Shown one piece after another: positions 12,702-26,613 of a stretch of 64,000 nucleotides of DNA. This DNA is from Octopus vulgaris (taxonomy: Eukaryota), in the NCBI GenBank assembly GCA_951406725.2, contig OX597824.1, positions 89,962,001 to 90,026,000 of the forward strand, given 5' to 3'. The position numbers were made by a program, and so were the translations under genes. How positions within the stretch are numbered: position 1 is the stretch's first letter; each line of letters opens with the position of its first letter. A model generated the notes under the pieces. The model worked only from the letters and a program-made list of their open reading frames with translations. It searched no databases and was not told where the DNA came from.

Positions 12702-12981
12702 GTGTAGAGTATCATTTTATTGGGTGGTTATTGTATAAAGTATTTACTATGTGCAGAGAGTGTACTGTTTCTTTGGTGCAATTGAATTAAAAAATGCCTT
12801 GAGTTGGGGGTGGGCTGTGCCTCACAGGGTTATCTGTAGGAGAATGTGTGTTATGCCGTGAGCGGCTGTGTCTTTGTTAATCTTTATTTTTTTTGTTTTT
12901 ATCATTTTATCATACCAAGTATTCCGATTAAGACTGATACTATTTTTTTTTTCTTCTTTTTCTTTTTTTTTTTTTTTGTTT

Positions 12982-13208
12982 AAGGCAGCAAGCTAGCCAG
13001 AACCATTCTGGTGCTGGGCGAAATATGCTTAGTGCCATTTTGTCTGTCTTTTACATTCTCAGTTCAAATTCTGCCAAGGTTGACTTTGCCTTTCATCATT
13101 TCTTTCGGTGGTGATAAAATTAGTACCAGTTGAGGACCGGGGGGTCAATGTAATTGACTTACCCCAGCTGCCCTGAAATTGCTGGCCTTGTGCCAAAATT
13201 TGAAACCA
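12982..13208 (+). mobile_element. Meta-domain SINE (family B), diverged
   Basis: GACTTTGCCTTTCATC...AGTACCAG core. Confidence 0.7.
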
Positions 13209-14047
13209 ATGCTGATTCTGTTTCTTTTATTTCTATGCTCCAAATCCTGTCTGACTCAATTTCCTGATCCTTGTATTTTGATAGTTATTCCCACACTTGC
13301 CAGCAATCTTTCAATCAAAAGAGACGTTTTTCTTTTGTGAGAATTCTTACAATTTTTCTCAAGTCTTTGCTAATAATATCTGTATGCTTTGCTTTGATCT
13401 CCTTGTCTGTCTGTTTGGACAGGTTTATCCCAGATTATTAGGGCCAGACTGATTAACCGAACCTGCCTGAGGTGCTTGTAAAGCAGCACAACTGTTCTGC
13501 ATGCATTTATGCAGCATTCAAACATTTCTAATTTGAGGGGTTATGTCAAACAGCCCTTCTCATATGTAGGGTGGATCTGGCTGTTGGCCAATTCCATTGT
13601 GAAGATTGCCTTGCTGTCTTCCTTTTGCTATGAAAGGCCAATAGTTTTCCTTTGTCTGGTAAAAGGTTGTATGGTGGACACAGGTCAAACAATTTGACTT
13701 TTTCAAATTCTGTCTGACAAAGAAGCTAAGGGTATAAAAAGAAATGCAACCATCCAGTAAATTCATCCGAAGGCCAGAGAGAGTATTGTCCTTGGTTGAG
13801 TGAATGGGACAGCTGGGGAATCATTGCTGTGAGATGGCACAAATCCTTGGTAATCAGGGTAAACCTGGATTTGTAGGCTTGCTTCCTTCATTCCACTCTT
13901 GAGACATGACTGCATTTTGTATGTCAAGTGTCTCATCACTCTACGTTTTATTTGATTTTATCGTAATTCCTCATTTATTGTAATTGCTTCTTTCATCTCT
14001 TCTCATCTTACTTCTGTGACAATAATAACATCAACAACAACAACAAC

Positions 14048-14082
<35 letters not shown>

Positions 14083-14314
14083 GGGGATTCTTTGGGGTTT
14101 GAATAATTCACCTCTAGAAACATGGGTGTTTCGTTCAGTATCCTTAACCCTTATTCAGGGACATTTTGAGTGGGATGGGTTACTTGACCAGAAGAAAATT
14201 CTAATGGGCCCCACCTGCAAGGTCATGTGCTGTTTATCTTAATATGAGATCACCATGTCGTGCACATATGGTTGTGATGCATTTGCCTAGTGTATCCTTA
14301 TCAGACGGGTAGTC
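14083..14314 (+). mobile_element. Truncated copy of the (TAA)n-associated element at 50063
   Basis: Shares GGGCCCCACCTGCAAGGTCATGTGCTGTTTATCTT. Left flank is (TAA)n. Confidence 0.75.
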
Positions 14315-15445
14315 GAAAGACTAAGTTGGCTTCAGCGGAATTTGAACTCAGAAAGTAAAGACATATGAAATACCACTATGCATTTTGCCAGGCGTATTAA
14401 CAATTCTGCCAGCTCACTGCCTCAATAATAATAATGATAATGATAATAGTAATAATAATGATAATGATAATAATAATGATAATACTAATAATGATAATAA
14501 TAATAATAATGATAAAGATAATAATAATAATGATAATAATGATAATAATAATAATAATAATAATAATAGAAATTGCATATTATGCCAATAATTGTTGGTG
14601 CCCATGTGTGTGCATTTGTGTGTTCCAGTCTTCCAAGGAAAACAGTTTCTGGCTCTGGGAAAATATTATTTTACTTGGACAAACTGAAGGATGGCAACAG
14701 GCAAGGCATCAGGCTGCAGAAATTCTTCCTCAATAAATGTTCCATCTGATTCGTAGAAAAGCAGGCATTAAATGCTGATTGCAGATCTATATCTACCGTT
14801 TAATCCAATCTCATCTAAAGCAGTTATTACCAGAGCTATTTTATCCTGAGTGATGGCATTCATAATACAGTTTTGAGTTTGTTGTCTTTTGAAATGTTCT
14901 GTTTAATTATTCTCTGTAACAGTGTATGATTCCCTCTTCTTATAACCCCATGCTTTGGGGTTAGTGTGCTCAGGGAATGAAGTTAAGACCCAAAAAGTAA
15001 GTGCCAATTGACAGGGAAATGCTTGGAAATCATAGTTTTCAATATTTTAGCTAAATTCTTTTTAATACTTTTGTTTCCAATTTGTTGTGTTTTAAAGCTA
15101 CAAAATGTGTCACAATTGCCCTGGGGGTTTAAAAATGTTTTCCAATTAGTTATAAAAGTGACTGGAATATTAAAAAATAAATGAAGCTGAATTAATATTG
15201 ATATCAATATTATGCCTTCCAGTCATTGTCAATTATCAGTGAACCTTTCAGAAAATATTCTTTACTTTTTACAGCCTTTTTTTTTTTTTTCACAATCCCT
15301 TCATTATGCTCACTGCAAAACAAGCCTTTTTCTTGCTTTTTCTTTCTTTTCTGAATTAAGCAATGTTCTGTTTTACCTTTGGCTAAGCATCCACCTGTTG
15401 CCAGCTCTGAGCAAGGCTGTCCTTGCAAATGCCTCCACCAAAGTA

Positions 15446-15650
15446 AGGCAGCAAGCACACCGGGCGAAATGCTTTGTGGTATTTCGTCTGTCACTACGTT
15501 CTGTGTTCAAATTCCGCCAAGGTCGACTTTGCCTTTCATTCTTTTGGGGTCGATAAATTAAGTACCAGTTATGCACTGGGGTTGTTGTAATCGACTTAAT
15601 CCCTTTGTCTGTCCTTGTTTGTCCCCTCTATGTTTAGCCCCTTGTGGGCA
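15446..15650 (+). mobile_element. Meta-domain SINE (family B) with 16-bp TSD
   Basis: TSD AAATGCCTCCACCAAA on both sides. Confidence 0.85.
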
Positions 15651-17244
15651 AAAAAAAAAATGCCTCCACCAAATTTATGACAAACATTTGTCACTATGTT
15701 TTGTAATTCATTCTTTCGCCTTTCTTAATTAAACTAATTAAAGAAGAGTGGGATTCTCAAATCTTAATTTTTCTTCTCCTTATGACTCATTCAAACACAA
15801 ACCCTTATATATTGAAAGTAAAAATGAAAAGAGGACTCAGCTGTGTCCCTTCTCTGATAATGCAGTATATCTCTGGCCAAGACCACATAACTTGTCAGTC
15901 ACCCAGGAGCATTACAGAGAACACCCTTCTCTTATTTTCCCCTTCTTGTAATTTGAGGGTAAGTCCTGACACATCATCACTGCAATCTTCTTCCTTTTCC
16001 AACTGGGGTGACCCCGTGTCTCCTCTTCAACAAGACACCTGCTTCTGTCCCTCTAACATACTTTAGCCCTTCCCCACCCGGCATAAGGCCATCTCCTTCA
16101 ATACTCAGCTTAGGGGGTCTTGCCTTGCGAATTTAATGATAACCTCACCGGTGTTGATACCATGTGAAATGCACCCAGTACACTCTGTAAAGTGGCTGGT
16201 GTTAGGAAGGGCACCCAACCATAGAAACCACAACATTGGAGCTTGGTGAAGTCTTTTGACTCATCAGCTCCAAGTGAATCATCCAACCCATGCCAGCATG
16301 GGAAACAGATGTTAAATGACGACGATGATGATGATGATATTGATGATGTATCTTACTGTTGTAAATAACAGCAATCCAATATGTTTGACTAATGTTGCTT
16401 CATTAACTTATTTCATTTGCTCAGTTCAAGCAAACAAACTGTTTACCGCAAATAGACTCAAACACATGTTAAAGAGTGAGTGAGGGGATCTCCCATGTGG
16501 TCATGTGACTAAGGCGTTTGTTTTGCAGTCAAACGGTTCCTGGTTCAATCCTACTGCACTTCGAGGAAAGTGTTTTTTTATTGTACAACCTAGTTAACTC
16601 AAAACTTGTCAAAAAATTTTGATGGAGATTGTATGGAAGCCTGCCAAATGGAGTGTGCTCCTTCTTGAGTAGTGAATGGACTTATTGTGTTTACTTGTGT
16701 ATAAGCCACACTCCCAAATTTAGAGTTAACTCTTGGAAAACTTTTGTCCTTCATAGTTTTGTCATTGCTCCGTGTATAAGTAGCACTCTAGAGTATTCTG
16801 TTAAAAACAAGTCTAAAATAGTGTAATTTATCCATGATTAATTACAGTAATTTGTTGCCTAGTTTAAAGCTTAAAGAAGGGAAAACAAAAAAACAAAAAA
16901 AAAAACAAGATAAAATAAATAAATAAATACCATTGCCGCTTGATCCTTAAAGGTTGTTAGCGAAGTCTATTCTGCTTGCAAGCATCCAGAACTGGTTTCT
17001 GGTCTCCAGTAAAACTTGATATCCAGATATACAGCATCGCCCTACAACAACCCAACAACTTACGGTCGTTTACCTCTCATCCTCCACCCCCCTCTCCCAA
17101 CGCCTCATCGGTCATGTGACTGGTCAAGAGCGCTAGCCAGTTTTCTTCCTCTGGCTAACTCATTAAAAAAAAGTGGGGTTGAATTGTTCTTGTTAAAACG
17201 ATCTCATGTATATAACCCATGGAGTTATGTAGCCACTTAATGGA

Positions 17245-17509
17245 TTAATCCTTTCGCGATCATATTTCTATCCTGATACCACGTCTGCGTGTTTCAGTTA
17301 ATTTTTTCAAATAATTGATAATTTAGAAGGATTAATTAATTTAAATGTTTCATTAATCAGCCGCTGTTTGGTATATAATTTGACGACCGAGTTCTGTCGT
17401 AAAATTATGAGGAAATGGCTTCATTTTAAATACAAATATTTTAAAGCAGACCATTCTGTGTCAAGGAACCAGGCGTAGTCTCAGACAGATTGCCATCAAA
17501 AAAGGTTAA
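17245..17509. mobile_element. piggyBac-like MITE, diverged
   Basis: TTAA-TCCTTTCG ... CAAAAAAGG-TTAA termini. Confidence 0.5.
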
Positions 17510-17882
17510 AAAATCGCCACACACACACATACATGCACACGCATACACACACATGCACATACACACACACACTTGCATGCACACACATGCACTTGCACGC
17601 ACACACATGCACACACACACACACAAGCATATCATTATTTTCTTTATCTTTTAATGTTTGAATTGTTTTAGTCAGTAGACTTGTGACCATGCTGGAGCAC
17701 TACTTCGCAGAATTTTAGCCAAATGAATCGACCCTGGGATATTTTCTTTTAAGCCTGGTACTAAATCTATCGATCTCTTTTGCTGAACTGCTATATCACA
17801 GGGACATAAACACACCAACACCGGTTGTCAAGCGGTGGTGGGGGGACAAACACGGACACAAAGACACACACAGACAGGTACT

Positions 17883-17930
<48 letters not shown>

Positions 17931-17943
17931 TATATAAAGATAT

Positions 17944-17978
<35 letters not shown>

Positions 17979-17989
17979 CATATGTTTTT

Positions 17990-18897
17990 CATCATCATCA
18001 TCATCATTGTTTCACAACTGTTTTCCATGCTGGCATGGTTGGATAGTTCAACTGGGTGTGGGAAGTCAGGAGGTTGCACCAGGCTCCAGTCTGATCTGGC
18101 AGTGTTTCTACAGCTAGATGCTCTTCCTAATGCCAACCACTCCTTGAGTGTAGTGGGTGCTTTTTACGTGCCACCGTCAAAAGGACCAGAGGGGGCTGGC
18201 ATTGACCACAATTGCTTGGTGCTTTTTACATGTCACTGGCACGGAAGCCAGTCAAGGTGGCGCTGGCATTGGCCACATTCGGATGGTGCTTTTTATTTGC
18301 CATCGGCATGGGGACCACAACTACAATTTCCATTTGATTGTGATTTGATTTCATCTTGATGTTGATGTACTTGACTTAATAGGTCTTCTCAAGCATGGCA
18401 TGTCACCCTATGATCCAAGGTACTTTTGAGTTGGCTGGTTATGTGACACTGGTGTAGGTTACAGCTGTGAACTCACTTTATTTGCCGGGTCTTCTCAGTC
18501 ATAGCATATCTCCAGATGTCTCGGTCTTTTGTCATTGCCTCTGTGAGGCCCAACGTTCGAAGGTCATACTTCACCTCCTCATCCCATGTCTTCCTGGGTC
18601 TCCCTCTACCCTGGATTCCATCCACTATTTGGGAGTGGCATTTCTTCACCCAGCTCTCCTCACTCATCAGTAGTACATGACCACATCCGATGCTTCTTAT
18701 GTCCAACATTTCTCTTAGGGCACTTACACTGACATAATACATCCAGTGCATCATACTAGCTTCATTTCTTTCAAGCCTACGCATGTCTTCAGCAGTCACG
18801 GATCATGTTTCATTGCCATGAAGCATGGTAGTTCGCACACATGCATCGTACAATCTACCTTTCACTCTGAGTGAGAGGGCCTTTGTCACCAGTAGGG
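17990..18897 (-). mobile_element. RTE-clade LINE, 5'-truncated, with ORF C-terminus and 3' tail
   Basis: LSLRVKGRLYDACVRTTMLHGNET...RRLERNEASM...GRGRPRKTWDEEVKYDL...DRDIWR, then the tail ending in (GAT)n. Confidence 0.9.
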
Positions 18898-18982
18898 GGG
18901 GGTAGATGTACGTATGTATATATATATTAGTTGTTAGAACTAGTCTGCTTGTGAGTTTTTGTGTTTTAATAGTTTGCTTAGG

Positions 18983-19370
18983 CAGGCAGTGAGCTGGCAG
19001 AATCATTAGAGCACTGGTCAAAATGCTTAGCGATATTTCGTCTGCTGTTACGTTCTGAGTTCAAATTCTGCCAAGGTCGACTTTGCCTTTCATCCTTTTG
19101 GGCTCGATTAAATAAGTACCAGTTACACACTGGGGTCGATCTAATCAACTTAATCCATTTGTCTGTCCTTGTTTGTCCTCTCTGTGTTTAGCCCCTTGTG
19201 GGCAATAAAGAAATAGGGATTTCGTCTGTCTTTATGTTTTGAGTTCAAATTCCAGAGGTCGACTTTGCCTTTTATCCTTTCGGGGTCGATAAATTAAGCA
19301 CTAGGGGTTGATCTAATCAACTGGCACCCCCTCACCAAAAATTCAGGCCTTGTGCCTAGAGTAGAAAAGA
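18983..19370 (+). mobile_element. Meta-domain SINE tandem dimer
   Basis: Second unit restarts at GGATTTCGTCTG directly after AAAGAAATA. Confidence 0.8.
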
Positions 19371-19577
19371 ATATTTTGCTTAAGCATTACAAGACCAAGA
19401 ACCTGATGTAGGACTCAATATACGTAATGCCTCTCAATGAAGAATTTACTGAGTACAGCACAATAGTAAGAAAAGAGATGATAAGGGAATAAAAGATTAT
19501 CTTTGGAACTTCATTCAGTTATTCCTATGTCCTCTCTTTCCTTATTGCATGCATATGTTTATATATACCATAACCTC

Positions 19578-20217
19578 GTGGCGTAAGCCAGGGGTGTAAC
19601 CAGTCCACTTATGCGTACCTTTTCCTTCTTTGGACACTAAACTCTGCTTGCGAAGACCTGTTGAGGCAAGTGAAATCAAAATCGAAATCGATGACTGGCA
19701 TCCATGCTAGCAGGGTGCAATGAGCACCAGACGAATGTGATCGTTGACAGAGCGGCTACCTGGCTTCCGTACCAGTGGCACATAAAAGGCACCATTCAAG
19801 TGTGATTGTTACCAGCGTCACCTTACTGGCACCTGTGTGCCATGCTAGTAGGGTAATAAGAGCACCATCCGAGCATGAGCGTTGCCAGAGTGGCTAACTG
19901 GCTTCCGTGCCGGTGGCACCATTCGAGCGTGATTGTTATCAATGTCGCCTTACTGGCACCTGTGCCGGTGGCATGTGTAAAAAAGATTCGAGCGAGGTCT
20001 TTGCCAGTACCGCCTGACTAACCCCAGTGACGGTGACACGTAACAAGCACCCACTACACTCTCGGAGTGGTTGGCATTAGGAAGGGCATCCAGCTGTAGA
20101 AACTCTGCCAGATCAATATTGGAGCCTGGTGCAGCCATCTGGTTTGCCAGTCCTCAGTCAAATCGTCCAACGCATGCTAGCATGGAAAGCAAACGTTAAA
20201 CGATGATAATGATGATG
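19578..20217 (+). mobile_element. RTE-type 3' region with internal repeats
   Basis: Repeated GGCACC/GAGC units, AGGAAGGGCATCCAGC and a (GAT)n end. Confidence 0.75.
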
Positions 20218-20766
20218 GTTATGATATGTGTGTGTGTGTTTGCGTATTAGGAAATATTTGGCTGTTCCAGCTGTTTTGGAAGGAATCTCTGATTTGTGAT
20301 AATCCTACACCATGTATTCAGTACTTTATTTGTTTGTCTTGTTTATAAACAAACATTTTGTATACACACACACACATACACGCACACACACACATGCACG
20401 CATACGTGTGTACACATTTTCCCACACACACACACACACAGACACACACACATACACGCACACATATATATAGTTACAGATCTATAAATAATACTTCTTG
20501 TGCGATGAACATCCACAGAAGCAGACAGTGCTAGAGACACAGCCATCCTTTTGTGACATGATAGTAAGCGTTCCTCCTCTCTCTCTCTCTCTCTCTCTCC
20601 TCCAGCTCCAACTCCACCATCACCCTCCATCCTCTACCACACCTGCAATTCTAGCACCTCTACTACAATTCTATGCTGCCATAGCAATCAATTGCTTTGC
20701 TTTGCTTCCCATCTTTTCTCTGATGCCATCTTTCTTTTCATATAACCTTCCTTCCTTCAAATTCTA

Positions 20767-20803
<37 letters not shown>

Positions 20804-21246
20804 GTCTATCTGTCTCTCCCCCTCTCTTTGTATTCTTCTCTTTATATTGCTTCCTCTTCCTCTTGCTTTACCATTCCTTTTGTCACAGTTTCTTGACATT
20901 TTTGGGGGTTTTTTTCATTCAGTTTTTTCTATTATATTTTTCAATCTTCTAATTTTATCATCTTATTTTTTTTTTTTTTGGTTTCATCTTCCAGTATGTT
21001 ATATCTATCCATCCATCCATCTGTCTGTCTGTCTGTCCGTCAGTCCGTCCGTCTGTCGGTCGGTCTGTCTGTCTGTCTGTCAATCTATCTATCTGTCTGT
21101 CTGTCTATCACTTTGTATATTTGTCTGTCTGTCTCTCTCTCTTTCTCTCTTTATCACTGTTTGTTTCTCTCTCTCTTTTTCTCTATCTATCTCTCTATCA
21201 CTTTATCTATCTATTTATCTATCACTTTGTTTGTCTCTCTCTCTAA

Positions 21247-21316
<70 letters not shown>

Positions 21317-21318
21317 CC

Positions 21319-21364
<46 letters not shown>

Positions 21365-21386
21365 CACTATCTATCTATCTATCTCC

Positions 21387-21424
<38 letters not shown>

Positions 21425-21464
21425 CCCTATCTATCTATCTATCTATCTATCTCCCTATCTATCT

Positions 21465-22583
21465 AATGGCACCGCGAGTGTCGCGTTGCTCTCAAGCAAC
21501 TCTGCCGTCCTGGGTCGACCTTAAGTGACTTCAACACAACCAAAGCATTCTATAGGGGTTTAGTGGAGGGGAGGTACGACGACGAGCTCGGGGCGAACCT
21601 GGACGTCGACGAGGAGTACCTGACCCGCCTGTTCAGGACGACTTTCGGGCCAGGGCCCATGGACAACTTCCAGAGATCCCTGGCCTGGCAGTGCTACCGA
21701 GAAGCGCTACCCGTTCGGGATAAGCTCTACAGACACGGCTCGAGAAACACGGGGCCGACCTGCCCGAGATGCGGTCAGAGCGACGAAACCGTTCTGCACG
21801 CACTCGTTCAGTGTCCAACAATTTCCGACCTGTGGGCTTATGTCGAACAACTGCTGTCACGTGTGGGACGAGTCGGTTTATCAGCTGAGTCTATCGTCAA
21901 TATTGTCACGCCTCCTTCCTTCAAACGGGAAGGAAGAGCTATTTTCATATCCTTGTGGCTATGGCGAAAGAATGTATCTGGTGGACGTGTCTGAAAGGAT
22001 TGGAGACAAACACTTTCCTCTCTGGTCAATCTCTCATCAACTTCTTCAAGTACCACTTGAAAAGGAAAGTGAGAGTAGAGAGGCAAGTTTTGTCTAGCGA
22101 ATGTTTTAAAAAAAGATGGGTGAATGTAGCAAGAATGGCACGTATGAATGACGAAGCCACCTTGAGCATAGTCCTATGAACCCAGAAATCGAAAACAGAG
22201 AGTTGCTTATTTGCAAAAAAAAAAAAAAAAAAAAAGAAATATAAAATGTGACTTCATTGACCGAGGTTACCGTGGTCTTTTCCGTAGGCTTTTCTTTCCA
22301 CGGGTAAACCTCACCTGTCCTCCCTTTACACTTCATATTGACATTTCTGTGATAATGATCCCTATTGATCAATTTTTTTTCCTCCCCCTTTTTTTAAACC
22401 CCCCTTTTTTTGTCCTCTTTCTCTCCTTTTACGATCCCTTTTGATCGAAACTCCCCCTTCCTTTTTTTTATTTATTTTTTTATTTTTTTATTTATTTTTT
22501 TTTTTTTTAAACCTTCAAAAGAAAAGCTCTACCTTGTAATTTGTTCTATCTGTGTGCAGCCCTGTGTGGCTAATAAAGAAACA
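21465..22583 (+). mobile_element. Tx1/L1-clade non-LTR retrotransposon, 5'-truncated 3' end
   Basis: ORF remnant to the stop at 22179, T/C-rich 3'UTR, AATAAA at 22572. (TCTA)n on both sides. CpG-rich. Confidence 0.85.
21467..22179 (+). pseudogene. ORF2 C-terminal zf-RVT region with one frameshift near 21950
   Basis: LAWQCYREALPVRDKL...CPRCGQSDETVLHALVQCP...LW (CxxC-H-C knuckle), then a shifted frame LVAMAKECIWWT...KKRW. Confidence 0.85.
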
Positions 22584-22636
<53 letters not shown>

Positions 22637-22638
22637 CC

Positions 22639-22669
<31 letters not shown>

Positions 22670-22691
22670 CCTATCTATTTATCTATAACTT

Positions 22692-22736
<45 letters not shown>

Positions 22737-22902
22737 CCCTCCCTGCTTATCTATCAGTTTGTCTATGTATATCACTAGCTATTGAACAAGTTCCAATGCA
22801 GCTACACAACCTGGTATATATATACTCATACACACACACACACACATATATATATGTATGCATGCATTCATTAAATACACACACACACACACACACACAT
22901 AC

Positions 22903-23090
22903 TCTTTTACTTGTTTCAGTCATGCTGGAGCACCACCTTTTAGTCAAACAAATCGACCCCAGGACTTATTCTTTGTAAGCCTATTACTTATTCTATCGGT
23001 CTCTTTTTGATGAAGTGTTAAGTGATGGGGATGTAAACACACCAGCATTGGTTGTCAAACGATGGTGGGAAGACAAACATAGACACAAAC

Positions 23091-23140
<50 letters not shown>

Positions 23141-23185
23141 CGTCTTCTAAGAGTTATACGTTCTTGTCCATGTTGTATTTTTCAC

Positions 23186-23232
<47 letters not shown>

Positions 23233-23253
23233 GCATACATACATACATACATG

Positions 23254-23304
<51 letters not shown>

Positions 23305-23457
23305 CAGGCTTCTTTCAGTTTCTGTCTACCAAATCCACTCACAAGGCTTTGGTCGGCCCAATGCTATAGTAGAAGACACTTGCCCAAGGTGTCACACAGT
23401 GGGACTGAGCCCGGAACCATGTGTTTGGGAAGCAAGCTTCTTACCACACAGCCACTC
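22903..23457 (-). mobile_element. SINE family A with expanded internal microsatellite
   Basis: Reverse complement of family A. Confidence 0.85.
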
Positions 23458-23814
23458 GACCAAAATAAAATATTTTATTAATCTCTACTATGGTATTGAG
23501 CACTCTTTTTCCCCCCCAAAAGTTAACGCTAAACATAAGCGGAATCAAGAGGAAGGTTCTGATATATTTGACTTGCAAAATTGTAAAACTGACTCATAGG
23601 AAAAAATACCAGGTTCGCGTACTCGGATCAATTTATTTGACTAAAATTTCTTCAAGGTGTTGCCCCAGCATGGCCACAGCCTACTAATTGAAGCAAGTAA
23701 AAGATAAAAGACATCTCTATCTCTCACTCATTTAGTATTCATCTTAAATCATTTCCTGGCTGCCCCCCCCCCCCCAATCTATATCTCACTGATATCAAGC
23801 TATGTATCTCTGGG

Positions 23815-24003
23815 GGGGGAGTTTACGAAAAAAGCAAAAGATGAAGACAGGTGGTGTACAAAACAAACAGGTGTATTAGTATAACGCTCAGGAATTGAAA
23901 AAGTCTTTAATGTTTCGAGCTTACGCTCTTCTACAGAAAGGGACACAGAAAAAACAAGGAGAGAAAAAAAATGTGTGTAGTAGCTAACGATCTATCATGG
24001 CGA
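23815..24003 (-). mobile_element. Penelope-like pLTR fragment with degenerate hammerhead (23905-23940)
   Basis: CTTT-CTGTAGA-A-GAGC-GTAA-GCTC-GAAAC-ATT-AAAG. Confidence 0.55.
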
Positions 24004-24280
24004 CATGTATCTCTGTTTTAATTTCACTCTTTCTCAATTTTTCATCTTAGACTCTTTCGTCCTTTCTTCTTTGATATTTTTCTTCATTCCTTTTTCCTTC
24101 TCTATTTTTCCCCTTTTTTACATTCTTAGTCCTTTTCCTCTCTCTTGCTTTCCACCGAATTATAATAATTGTTTTCATAAAGATTCTCGCTTCATACTTT
24201 GCACTTTTCACAACTCATAACTTGATATTTTAATTATTATTTCCACATTCTGTTTTATAAACTTTCTATTTTTTACACAA

Positions 24281-24817
24281 GGCGTAGGAGTGGCTGTGTG
24301 GTAAGTAGCTTGCTTACGAACCACATGGTTCTGGGTTCAGTCCCTCTGCGTGGCACCTTGGGCAGTGTCTTCTACTATAGCCTCAGGCTGACCATAGCCT
24401 TGTGAGTGGATTTGGTAGACGGAAACTGAAAGAAGCCCGTCGTATATATGTATATATATTTTATTTATTAGGGAATAAAAATTCCGGCATCACAGGGGTT
24501 CAAATTATTCACAATATCTTTTATATGAATATCTTTTATATAGTGTGTTGACGGGAACTGCTATCTCTAAATAACATATATATGTATAAATGTACATGTG
24601 TGTGTGTTTGTGAGTCTGTGTTTGTCCCCCACAACATCGCTTGACAACCGATGCTGGTGTGTTTACATCCCCATAACTTAGCGGTTCTGCAAAAGAGCCC
24701 GATAGAATAAGTACTAGGCTTACAAAGAATAAGTCCTGCTGTCAATTTGCTCGACTAAAGGCGGTGCTCCAACATGGCCACTGTCAAATGACCGAAACAA
24801 CTAAGAGAGTAAAAGAA
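24281..24817 (+). mobile_element. SINE family A with a ~110-bp insert in its (TA)n
   Basis: Full head and tail. Foreign segment at about 24460-24575. Confidence 0.85.
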
Positions 24818-26361
24818 TAAATATATAAATATTTCGTATACGATTCCATCTACTTCGTATTTTCCTTTATTTTCCTTTATGTTTTCGTGTTTTCTTACAT
24901 TCTTCCAGAACTGGTGAAAGATCAGAGACCTAGATGTCTCTGACCATCTGTCATTTTTGTTATCCAATGAAATACAAATCTTTGTATTGTCGTCACTAAT
25001 TGATCCTGGCTGAATGCACAAAAAATGTTTGATTTTTTCGCTGAATAAATACTGTGTGCAAAATATATAAACTTTAGTTTGGCGACTGGGAACAGGAAAT
25101 TCAAGTATATTTAGCAACACTGCTGGGGTTCTCAACTTTAGAAATACAATTACATATGCCATCATCATCATCACCACCATCATTATCATCATCATCGCCA
25201 CCATCAGTCTTCATCATCTTGATCATCATCATCATCATCATTACCATCATTATCATTATCATTGCCATCACCTCTATTAGCTATCACCATCATCATCATA
25301 ATCATCATCATCATCATCTTCATTATCATCCTCTGTCATCAATATTGTGGTCATTATCATCACCAGCAGCATCATTACCATCATTATCATCATCATCGTC
25401 ATCATCATCTTCATTATCATCATCATTATCATCCTCTTTGTCATCAATATTGTGGTCATTATCATCACCAGCATCATCATCATTATCAACATCATTCTAT
25501 GTCTACCTTCTGCATTGGTTGTAATGGCCTGAGAACAGTCCGTTCCACTTGCTACGTCTGTTGTGGCATGATTTCTAATGCCAACCCTTTTACAGGGTGG
25601 GTCGGGTGCAGTTTATTGTGGTACAATCACTAGAGAAGTTGTTCTATCCTTGCCAAGGCATATATACACATATATATACACACACACATGTATGCATGCC
25701 ATTTGAGCAAGTGTCTTCTGATATAAGGCCTGGGACAACCAAAACTTGTGAATAAATTTGGTCGATGGAGAATGAAAGAAGCCCGTGTGTATGTGTGTGT
25801 GTGTGTGTGCTACAAGCCATGATGTTGCTTAGCCTTTGATCAGTTATGTCTTGCTTTTTGATCAGTTGTGTCTTGTTCAACAACCACATAGATGTCCCCT
25901 TATTTGTCGTTTGAATTTTATTTAGCTTAGCCCCAGATTAATCTTGATTGAGTAACTCTGTGATCAAAGACATCTGGGCCCAAACCTGGTCCCCTAGTCT
26001 TTTACCTTTATTTGTTTTGGGTTTTTTTTGGGAGATATCTATGTCTTTTTTCTGGCCCCTTTTTAAGATCAGTATGTGAAACCACGTGACCTAGTTTCCA
26101 GGGTGTTGCACATGCGATTGCATGATCACGGTTTCAATTTCTGGACAAGATGGTGTGTCTGACCTTGAGCAAGACACTTCATTTCACATTGGTCTACTCC
26201 ATTAAGCTGTAAAAGAATAACTCTGCACTGGATTGGCATCTCATTCTCGGGGATGATCACTTATACATGAAGGGCAGGGTACCCAGCCCTATAAGTCTAG
26301 GACTCAAGACAATAATATCCAGAGTTGATGATGATGATGGTATGATTTTTTAGGGTGGTTT

Positions 26362-26613
26362 ACCTTAATGTCTTATTATTGTATATATGTATGTATGAGC
26401 CAATGAGGGAGACCTCTACATGGTAGCTAGACCTGGTTGAAATAAAAGCCAAATTTCCCTCAAATCACACCTTAATGTCTTATTATTGTATATATGTATG
26501 TATGAGCCAATGCGGGAGACCGCTACATGGTAGCTAGACCTGGTAGAAATAGCAGCTAAATCTCCCTCAAAACACTCCACCGTCTTATGTATAGATATAT
26601 GTATGTATTAACA
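26362..26613. repeat. 107-bp minisatellite, about 2 units
   Basis: Unit ATGAGCCAATGAGGGAGACCTCTACATGG starts at 26395 and 26502. Confidence 0.9.

Noticed and set aside
24909-24945. Strong polypyrimidine acceptor on the plus strand
   Set aside because: All frames stop within 12 codons and no upstream exon was identified.
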